Shown: positions 20,003 to 27,024 of the stretch, one piece after another
How the letters are laid out: every line of letters begins with the position of its first letter
How positions within the stretch are numbered: position 1 is the first letter of the stretch
Source: Gammaproteobacteria bacterium
GTDB taxonomy: Bacteria; Pseudomonadota; Gammaproteobacteria; Pseudomonadales; Pseudohongiellaceae
Length of the DNA stretch: 64,000 bases
Direction of reading: 5' to 3'
Assembly (NCBI GenBank): GCA_963694865.1
Contig: CAVOFA010000001.1
Coordinates: forward strand, 755-64,754
The notes under the pieces: model-generated
The model's database searches: none
What the model saw: the letters and a program-made list of their open reading frames with translations, nothing else
What the model was told of the DNA's origin: nothing
Made by a program: the position numbers and the translations under genes

Positions 20003-20247
20003 AAGGGAAGAAAAGAGATTTTATTATTATTGCTATTATTTGTGTGGTTATTATTGTTATGTAATCGGTACCAATAACGGCACCCCAAAGCTACAAGGCG
20101 ATACCTCCCCAACCGGTGACAATAAGCCACCTCTGGCCAGGAACTCGACCTTATTATTATTTAATGCACTAACCTTAGTTGTTTAACTCAGTAATGCTAT
20201 TCTTGTTTTTATTGGGCTTATTATTATTATTTATTGTTATTATTCCA
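19975..20247 (-). ncRNA. Candidate CrcZ-like A-rich (AAnAAnAA repeat) Hfq/Crc-sequestering sRNA; both ends approximate
   Basis: - It lies in an 831-bp non-coding gap between cbrB and pcnB, the crcZ position in Pseudomonas.
- A sigma-54 -24/-12 element lies just upstream on the minus strand.
- Minus-strand A-rich clusters sit at 20219-20245 (AAUAAUAACAAUAAAUAAUAAUAAUAA), 20199-20213 (AAUAAAAACAAGAAU), 20151-20164 (UUAAAUAAUAAUAA) and 20019-20060 (AUAACAAUAAUAACCACACAAAUAAUAGCAAUAAUAAUAAAA).
- GC stem-loops sit between them (20115-20131 and 20067-20084).
- The G10/C10 hairpin is a possible 3' structure.
- The only ORFs here are repeat artefacts. Confidence 0.6.
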
Positions 20248-20258
20248 GTAATACAAGG

Positions 20259-20273
20259 GCACTTACTGTGCCA
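20259..20273 (-). promoter_or_regulatory. Sigma-54 (-24/-12) promoter candidate for the A-rich RNA
   Basis: The minus strand reads TGGCACAGTAAGTGC, against the consensus TGGCAC-N5-TTGC. The GG-N10-GC spacing is exact. The element is itself palindromic (GGCAC-N5-GTGCC), so its orientation is inferred from the upstream IHF/UAS sites and the downstream A-rich repeats. Confidence 0.55.
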
Positions 20274-20292
20274 GAGTTAAAATATCCATATA

Positions 20293-20305
20293 TATCAAAT
20301 AGTTA
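20293..20305. promoter_or_regulatory. IHF-consensus match between the putative enhancer and the -24/-12 element
   Basis: TATCAAATAGTTA fits WATCAANNNNTTR exactly. It sits in an AT-rich stretch about 20-45 bp upstream of the -24 GG. Confidence 0.35.
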
Positions 20306-20346
20306 AATTTATACACGCTTGAAATTATTTTATTTCTTGGGGTTAT

Positions 20347-20392
20347 TGTTACTTTAAGTCACTTATTTATGAGTAGAAGGGTAGCGGTAACA
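20347..20392. promoter_or_regulatory. TGTTAC ... GTAACA inverted half-sites (putative CbrB enhancer)
   Basis: TGTTAC lies at 20347-20352 and GTAACA at 20387-20392, 34 bp apart. They sit about 75-120 bp upstream of the -24 element on the minus-strand reading. From memory, these hexamers are the half-sites reported for Pseudomonas CbrB, but the published spacing is shorter. Confidence 0.35.
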
Positions 20393-20506
20393 GTTTTCGA
20401 TGACTATCGCCGGATTGTGTGGGCGGCACACTCTGCTCTGGCGTTGGTAAGAAGTTAGATAAAAATTGCATCGATTACAGTGTCACCGGTACTGAGATTG
20501 GGGCAG

Positions 20507-21886
20507 TCAAACAGTCTGTTTCTTCTTGCGCTGAATGCCAAAGCGTTGCCTGCGCTCCCACAAACACTTACGACTTATACCCAGTTTTTTGGCGAGATGC
20601 GTTTCATTCATCATGTCTTGATGTTCCAACACGAAGCGTTGAAAGTAGTCTTCAAGAGATAACTCTTCGATTGGTTTTGGCTGTGCTATTGCCGTTGCGG
20701 CGGAAGTTTGTGCTGAAACGGTTTTGACGCTTTCGCCGTCGATAGCAAGTAGCTCTTCGCTGATCTGCTTGGTTTCTGCCAGGACCACCGCTCTTTCGAT
20801 CGCATTTTCCAGTTCGCGAACATTACCAGGCCAGTGATATTCAGCTATTGCGCGGATGGCACCATTGCTATATTTGAGCAGGGGTGTCTTCAGGCGTTTG
20901 CAGGTTCTTTGCAAGATCGCGTCCGCCAGATCCAGAATGTCATTACCCCGTTCTCGCAAGGGCGGGATTAATAAGGTCATGACATTGATGCGGTAATACA
21001 GGTCTTCCCTGAATTCGCCATCGACAACAAGCTGTTTTAGGTTACGATGTGTGGCGGCGACCAGGCGTACATCTACCTTGGTTGATTGCACCGAGCCAAC
21101 TTTTCGGATTTCACTTTCCTGTAATACTCGTAGTAGCCGAGCCTGCGCGTGCAGCGGTAATTCGCCTATTTCGTCCAGAAATAGTGTGCTGCCATTCGCC
21201 GCCTCAACCAGGCCTGTGCGAGTTGCTGTCGCCCCAGTGAATGCGCCTTTCTCGTGGCCGAATAACTCGGATTCAATTAAGTTTTCAGGTATCGCCGCGC
21301 AATTAACCGAGATCATCTCCTGGTCATAGCGGCTGCTTAAATTATGTATCGCCCGTACCACTAATTCTTTGCCGGTACCAGACTCGCCATTAATCAGCAC
21401 AGTTGAACTTGTAAGAGCAACCTTCCTTATTCTGCGTAACAACTCTATCATTTGCGGACAACTGCCGATCATGTCATGAACGGGGGGTATTATTTCTGTG
21501 TCGACTGGTTTGTTCCTGGGTGCAGATTTGGCGTGTTCTCGAATCACTTTCGCTACCGATTCAATGATCTCATTGTGTTCAAATGGTTTTGCAATGTAGT
21601 CCACCGCACCCATTCTCATGGAATCGATCGCCGAGCGAATGCTCGAATAACTTGTCATTATAAGCACCGGCGTGTTGGTTGCCTTAATCAGGTCGGTACC
21701 CGGTGCGCCCGGTAAGCGCAAGTCGCTGATGATGACATCAAAATCGTCCATGTCGTATTTTCCCAGCGATTCCTTTACCGTGCCCGCTTCGCTCACCTGA
21801 TATTTGTGGCGTTCGAGCAGGCGCTTCAATGCCGTGCGAATGACTACTTCGTCTTCAACTACCAAAATCTGGTTCATTTGCGTCAT
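20507..21886 (-). CDS. cbrB: Sigma-54-dependent response regulator, NtrC family (CbrB-like)
   Basis: 459 aa. It has a REC domain (VIISDLRLPG), an AAA+ domain with GESGTGKELVVRAIH and the GAFTGA loop, and a C-terminal HTH (LAKKLGISRKCLWERRQRFGI). It is paired with an SLC5-domain kinase, as in CbrAB. Confidence 0.85.
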   Translation of the reverse strand: MTQMNQILVVEDEVVIRTALKRLLERHKYQVSEAGTVKESLGKYDMDDFDVIISDLRLPGAPGTDLIKATNTPVLIMTSYSSIRSAIDSMRMGAVDYIAKPFEHNEIIESVAKVIREHAKSAPRNKPVDTEIIPPVHDMIGSCPQMIELLRRIRKVALTSSTVLINGESGTGKELVVRAIHNLSSRYDQEMISVNCAAIPENLIESELFGHEKGAFTGATATRTGLVEAANGSTLFLDEIGELPLHAQARLLRVLQESEIRKVGSVQSTKVDVRLVAATHRNLKQLVVDGEFREDLYYRINVMTLLIPPLRERGNDILDLADAILQRTCKRLKTPLLKYSNGAIRAIAEYHWPGNVRELENAIERAVVLAETKQISEELLAIDGESVKTVSAQTSAATAIAQPKPIEELSLEDYFQRFVLEHQDMMNETHLAKKLGISRKCLWERRQRFGIQRKKKQTV

Positions 21887-21894
21887 ATTGCTTA

Positions 21895-24861
21895 TTAGAC
21901 CGTGTGCTGCGAAGGGTTACGTTGATCCTGATCACCGATCTTCGAGTCAGGAACGTCCTGGCATCGTGGAAAGTGTAGTATAACCTGAGTTCCAGCCGCC
22001 TTTGAATTTCCCACTGAGCTAATTATATCAATATCTCCGTGTAAATCTTCAACTATACTGAATACCAGTGATAAACCCAGCCCCGTGCCCTCGCCTGCCT
22101 CTTTGGTGGTGAAGAAGGGGTCGAAAATGCGATCCTTGATGACGTCGGGAATGCCAATACCCTCATCGGTGATGGTGATTCGAACCTGATCGCCTTCGAT
22201 GCTAGCCTGCAATTCGATTTGGTCGCCTGACTGACTCGCGTCTCTGGCATTGCCAATCAGGTTAACCAGCACCTGAATCAGGCGCTGGGAATCTCCCAAA
22301 ATTCTGGCCGCCGGATCGACCTCCAGTTTGAAAGATAAATCCTTGCTTTTTTTGTCCAGGGAGATGAGAACCTGCGCTTCATTGATACAATCGGCGATAG
22401 AGACAACCTCGTTCTCATGCTGAGTTTTATTGGCACCAGCGTGGGCGAAATTGACCAGTGACTGCAGTATTTTCGATGTGCGATTGGTTTGTTCGATGAT
22501 TTGCTGCGCCAAATTGTTCAATTCATCAATTTCATATTCATCACGTATTGTTTGAGCCAAACAGGCGATGCCTGTAATTGGGTTACCAATTTCATGTGCC
22601 ACGCCAGCTGCTAACCGACCTATAGAGGCCAGTCTCTCACTGTGGCTTAAACCTGCTTCCAGAATTTCGGTTTCAGTTATATCTTCAATGAGAATGATCA
22701 CCCCTTCATGACTGGCATCCTGCTCGGCCGATCGTTCGATCACTGCCTTGTGCAAGTTTACGGTCTTGGTTTGGCCGCTTAAATCAAAATTGTGCTTATA
22801 GGAATGGTTGGCGTCTTCATTCATGAAATTCAAAAGTAAAGACAACCATGGCTGCTTCAAATCAGCGAGTTGTGAACCGACTACATCGGCACCGTTGATG
22901 TCGGTAAATTCGGTGAGCGCGCGATTCCATATCACGATTTCGTGGTCCGAACTCAAGGAACAAACACCGAGTGGAAGATCCAGCAGAATCTGCCGGTGGT
23001 AACGCCGCAGGCTGTCCAGGTCCGCTGCCATGCCCGATAGGTTGCTGCGGTATGCTTCGATGCGGTTCTCTATGACATTGACATCCGAGCTGCCGTGCTT
23101 GGAAATAATGCTATAGGGTAGGTAGCCATCAACCAGCTTGCCGGCTATGGAGGGCCCGAGCAAGCCAGAAAGATTTGCTTCCAATTTGCCGCGCAGCAGT
23201 CTGAGGTCATAGGGACGACGATTGTCCATGGTGATATTCAGATCTTGCAACGCTTGCGTGACTTCCCGTGTCGCTGTCTCCTGACCCAGGGGTTTGCTCA
23301 AGCTGATGATAAACTCGCCCGGTGATTTGGCAACCAGGCCACTACGTTTGCGGCGCTTGATCGTGTCGAGTGTGCAAATATCCGCAGAGCTACGCTCTTC
23401 ATCGGTGGTGCTACTCAACAGGGAAATCGTTACGAAAAGAAGGCCGTTGGCGATGAGTGACAATGCAGTTACTTCACGCCAGTTTATGGACGCTAACGAT
23501 ATCGGCACGGTCTCGATAAAAATAGGCAGCATCAGGAAAACGAACCAGATCAGTACGCCGGCAACGAGGCCGGTAATTAGCCCTTTCTTGTTGGCCTGTG
23601 GCCAATACAGAATAGCGATAATGCCCGGTAAGAATTGCAGACAGGCAGTAAATGCAATCGTGCCAATAAATTCAATACTAGTACGCTGATCCAGCAGATA
23701 ATGGAAAAGAAAACCAAGCCATATAACGGCCGTGATGAGTGCGCGACGTTTCCACAACAACCAACGATAGATGTCATCTTTTGCCGTGGGTTGATAGAGT
23801 GGCAGGACCAGGTGGTTGAGACACATATTTGACAGTGCCAGGGTAATAACAATGATTAAACCGCTGGCAGCGGATAATCCGCCGACATAGGCGAGCACGG
23901 TAATCAATGGCGCACCATAGGCTACCCCAATGACCAGCGGATAGTATTCTACCTGCACCGCACTGCCCGATTGCAATCCGGCCCACAGTATTGGTAGCAC
24001 GGGCAGACTGATCAGGAGAAAATATAGCGGTAGGCCCCAACTCGCGGAAGCCAGTGCACGTTGACCCTGGTTGCCATTAAAGGTGACATAAAACATATGC
24101 GGCATGGCCACAGCCGCGCTGAAGAATAGCAGGGTAAATACGTGGAAAGAGCTAAAGTAGTCAACGTCCTTAAGGCTGGCCAGCAACTCAGGCTGTCCCT
24201 GTAACCATTGGTTTAATTCGTTGGGCCCACCAAAACCACTGTAAATAGCAAAAACCCCCACCGCTAGAAACGCCACTAACTTGACCAGAGATTCGAAGGC
24301 GATGGCCAGAATGAGACCATCATGCTGGGTCCTGCCGGTTCGCTGTGAGGTGCCGAAGAGAATGGAGAACAGCGTAATAAGAACACAGAAACCAAAAGCC
24401 AAGACACCTTGGGAGGCATTCGAAGATAGAATCTCTGCGGTGTCAGAAACCGCTCGAATCTGTAAGGCAATGAGTGGTGTTACCCCGACAAGAATGACCA
24501 GGGTCGTTGCCGTGCCTGCCCAGGGCGAGCGGTATCTAAATGCCATCAGGTCGGCGAGGGAACTCAATTGGTAAGTTCTTGTTAAAGCCAGAATGGGTCT
24601 CAGGAGCAAGGGAGAGAGCAGAAAGGCAAGAGATATACCGATGTAATTAGCAAGGTAGCCATAGCCATCGCGCTGGGCGTGGCCGACGGCCGTGTAGTAT
24701 GCCCAGACACTGGCAAATACCCCCAATGACAGTACATAGACCACCGGATGATGGACTATTTTTTGTGGAATCCAGCCCCTGTCAGTGACGAAGGCAATGC
24801 CAAATAACAGCATCAGATAGATGCTGCCCAGGCCAATGATTGTGGTTAGTTCGTAGTTCAT
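21895..24861 (-). CDS. cbrA: Sensor histidine kinase with N-terminal sodium/solute-symporter (SLC5/SSS)-like domain (CbrA-like)
   Basis: 988 aa. The roughly 500-aa multi-TM N-terminus carries TRTYQLSSLADLMAFRYRS. A PAS region follows, then the H-box (AAGVAHEIGNPITGI), G1 (DEGIGIP) and G2 (GTGLGLS). Confidence 0.85.
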   Translation of the reverse strand: MNYELTTIIGLGSIYLMLLFGIAFVTDRGWIPQKIVHHPVVYVLSLGVFASVWAYYTAVGHAQRDGYGYLANYIGISLAFLLSPLLLRPILALTRTYQLSSLADLMAFRYRSPWAGTATTLVILVGVTPLIALQIRAVSDTAEILSSNASQGVLAFGFCVLITLFSILFGTSQRTGRTQHDGLILAIAFESLVKLVAFLAVGVFAIYSGFGGPNELNQWLQGQPELLASLKDVDYFSSFHVFTLLFFSAAVAMPHMFYVTFNGNQGQRALASASWGLPLYFLLISLPVLPILWAGLQSGSAVQVEYYPLVIGVAYGAPLITVLAYVGGLSAASGLIIVITLALSNMCLNHLVLPLYQPTAKDDIYRWLLWKRRALITAVIWLGFLFHYLLDQRTSIEFIGTIAFTACLQFLPGIIAILYWPQANKKGLITGLVAGVLIWFVFLMLPIFIETVPISLASINWREVTALSLIANGLLFVTISLLSSTTDEERSSADICTLDTIKRRKRSGLVAKSPGEFIISLSKPLGQETATREVTQALQDLNITMDNRRPYDLRLLRGKLEANLSGLLGPSIAGKLVDGYLPYSIISKHGSSDVNVIENRIEAYRSNLSGMAADLDSLRRYHRQILLDLPLGVCSLSSDHEIVIWNRALTEFTDINGADVVGSQLADLKQPWLSLLLNFMNEDANHSYKHNFDLSGQTKTVNLHKAVIERSAEQDASHEGVIILIEDITETEILEAGLSHSERLASIGRLAAGVAHEIGNPITGIACLAQTIRDEYEIDELNNLAQQIIEQTNRTSKILQSLVNFAHAGANKTQHENEVVSIADCINEAQVLISLDKKSKDLSFKLEVDPAARILGDSQRLIQVLVNLIGNARDASQSGDQIELQASIEGDQVRITITDEGIGIPDVIKDRIFDPFFTTKEAGEGTGLGLSLVFSIVEDLHGDIDIISSVGNSKAAGTQVILHFPRCQDVPDSKIGDQDQRNPSQHTV

Positions 24862-24937
24862 GAGTTCATGAGTTCAGGGGGTCATGAGCTTGCGGGGTTG
24901 CAAGGTCACAGCTTGAGAGCGACAGAGTTCGATTTGC

Positions 24938-25138
24938 TCAGAGTTCATCGGAGTCTTTCTCACGATGGGCCCAACTGCCTACCAGGATAACCAGGAATCC
25001 GACAATAAAAGGTCGGTACCAGGCGCCATCAGCCTGGTTCATCCAGTCCGCACTCAACAGAAAGAGTAGATAGATAATAACCAGCAAGATCAAAATGGAA
25101 CGAGGTATGTACACTAGCCCTCCACTATTTCGGCGCAT
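24938..25138 (-). CDS. Small two-TM membrane protein upstream of cbrA (CbrX-like)
   Basis: 66 aa with two hydrophobic helices (ILILLVIIYLLFLL and FIVGFLVILVG) and a charged tail. It overlaps the gluQ 3' end by 14 nt and ends 76 nt before cbrA. Confidence 0.5.
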   Translation of the reverse strand: MRRNSGGLVYIPRSILILLVIIYLLFLLSADWMNQADGAWYRPFIVGFLVILVGSWAHREKDSDEL

Positions 25139-26111
25139 CCTGACGGATAGTAGCTAACTTGGGCACGGCATGTATATCCCAGTGCTCAATTCCCCAGGCT
25201 AACAGGGACTGGGGCTCAGCGTTGAGCAGAGCGCCAGGGGCTGCCTGCCCCAGGAAATTCAGGCATTGGTGTAGTAGTCGGGATGAATTTTGGATGTCGG
25301 CAGCAGGGGCGAATGTTTGCTTGCTGATTTTATCTCCTAGCGCGTTGATGACAATTGGAATATGTCCGTATACCACAGTGGAGTAATCGAGCAGTTGCTG
25401 TAAATAGATTTGCCGTGGCGTCGAATCCAGCAAATCGAAGCCTCTTATAACGTGAGTGATGCCCTGATATTCATCGTCAACAACTACGGCCAGTTGATAG
25501 GCGAATAGCTTGTCCTTGCGGCGAATGACAAAGTCGCCGGTCTCGGTGTAAATAGCATGTTGGTGGGCGCCCTGGATAAGGTCCAGAAATTCAATAGCCT
25601 TAGCGTCGGTTTTAACTCTGACTGCAAACTCATGACTTGCCGGAGTCAGACGCTGACGACAGCGGCCATCGTAAACAGAACCCATGTTTCTAATTTGCGA
25701 TCTGCTACAGTCGCAGCGATAACACAGTTGCCGGTCCTGCAGCTCTTTTAGAGCCTCGGCGTAGTTTTTCAGTCGTTGGCTCTGATAAAGAACTTCGCCG
25801 TCCCAGTGTAATCCCAATTGGGTTAATTGCTGTAGAATCTGATCGGCGGCGCCTGCTGGCTCCCGGGGTGGGTCCAGGTCTTCCATGCGCAGCAGCCACA
25901 AACCATTATTTGCTTTGGCGTCCATGTAGCTGGCCACGGCGGCCAACACAGATCCAAAATGCAGCGGGCCAGTTGGCGACGGCGCGAATCTGCCAATATA
26001 ACCGGAGTGTGACTTGCCAATCGTCGCATTTGCATTCGCTGAGACAGATTTGGCTGCAGCCGGATTGGTAGGGTTTGACATCGTAGCCTGTAATAGTGAC
26101 GGCGGATGCAA
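25125..26111 (-). CDS. gluQ: tRNA glutamyl-Q(34) synthetase
   Basis: 328 aa (the start could be the ATG at 26081). It has the class I HIGH region (RFAPSPTGPLHFGS), resembles a truncated GluRS, and lies immediately downstream of dksA as in E. coli and Pseudomonas. Confidence 0.85.
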   Translation of the reverse strand: MHPPSLLQATMSNPTNPAAAKSVSANANATIGKSHSGYIGRFAPSPTGPLHFGSVLAAVASYMDAKANNGLWLLRMEDLDPPREPAGAADQILQQLTQLGLHWDGEVLYQSQRLKNYAEALKELQDRQLCYRCDCSRSQIRNMGSVYDGRCRQRLTPASHEFAVRVKTDAKAIEFLDLIQGAHQHAIYTETGDFVIRRKDKLFAYQLAVVVDDEYQGITHVIRGFDLLDSTPRQIYLQQLLDYSTVVYGHIPIVINALGDKISKQTFAPAADIQNSSRLLHQCLNFLGQAAPGALLNAEPQSLLAWGIEHWDIHAVPKLATIRQDAPK

Positions 26112-26162
26112 TAGTCAGAGGCTCCCTAGCCCAATTCAAATAGAAATTGGGCGGGACGAGGA

Positions 26163-26630
26163 TTAGCTGCCTAGCTGCCTTTCCTTCATTTCGTCCAGGG
26201 TTTTGCAATCGATGCACTTGTTAGCCGTGGGCCTGGCTTCCAGTCGGCGAATACCAATTTCGATGCCACAGGAGTCGCAGTAGCCATAATCATCGACAGC
26301 AATTAATTCGACAGTGCTATCAATTTTTTTGATTAGCTTGCGTTCACGATCTCGTGTTCTTAGCTCAAGACTGAACTCTTCTTCCTGTGTGGCCCGGTCA
26401 GCAGGGTCTGGATAATTCGCCGCATCGTCCTGCATATGATGTACCGTGCGATCGACTTCCTGCATTAGCTGTTCGCGCCAATTCATTAAAATCTGTTTGA
26501 AATGATCTTGTTGTTTTTCGTTCATATACGCTTCGCCCTTCTTGGGCTTGTAGGGAACGAAGTCCGTAAGAACTGGTTGAGATTCTGCGTTGCTGGTATT
26601 GGACATAATCAACGATGCCTCTTGCTGCAT
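26163..26630 (-). CDS. dksA: RNA polymerase-binding transcription factor DksA
   Basis: It has the coiled-coil tip ([25 protein letters not shown]) and a C4 zinc finger (CDSCG...CIDC). The start is uncertain (26630 or 26606). Confidence 0.9.
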   Translation of the reverse strand: MQQEASLIMSNTSNAESQPVLTDFVPYKPKKGEAYMNEKQQDHFKQILMNWREQLMQEVDRTVHHMQDDAANYPDPADRATQEEEFSLELRTRDRERKLIKKIDSTVELIAVDDYGYCDSCGIEIGIRRLEARPTANKCIDCKTLDEMKERQLGS

Positions 26631-26913
26631 CCATAATAAGTAGAATCGGGAGTTGCGCTATCAGGTGCCAGCTTTTACGCAAGCGGGCCACGCAATTCAC
26701 GATTTTCGAATGTTACAAAGTCCTTAACAGGCTGGCAATAAATTGGCTTTGCCTGTGATTTTAAAACGCTGAAGCCAGGTGAGCAAACTGACCTATTTTC
26801 AGAAAGCTCGATAAACTACCAGATTATTTGGGCGGATGCTACAAAAAATGCCCTCAAAGGTTCTTTAACATAGGCCAGCCATCTGTGCGCCAAGCTTTAA
26901 GCCGCAAGGCGTA

Positions 26914-26941
26914 CAGTGTTGCCGCTGCAACGCTGTTTTTT
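26914..26941 (+). terminator. Orphan plus-strand rho-independent terminator in the dksA/aminotransferase intergenic region
   Basis: The structure is CAGUGUUGC-CGCU-GCAACGCUG (9 bp including one G-U), followed by six T residues at 26936-26941. No plus-strand gene lies upstream, and the aminotransferase ATG is 84 nt downstream. Confidence 0.5.
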
Positions 26942-27024
26942 ATCTCTGTACTCTTTACCCCGGTACTATCTTTCCCCGGGGCTTTACCGATATGCTTTGT
27001 CGATAACGATTTAAGGTGCAATGA

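Noticed and set aside
19864-20130. ORFs 19864-20064 (+, 66 aa) and 19879-20130 (-, 83 aa) inside the cbrB-pcnB spacer
   Set aside because: Their sequences (for example HNNNNHTNNSNNNK and GGGCNHPPP) are direct read-outs of the AAT repeats and the G10/C10 tracts. They have no RBS and no protein-like composition. The region is better explained as non-coding RNA plus promoter DNA.
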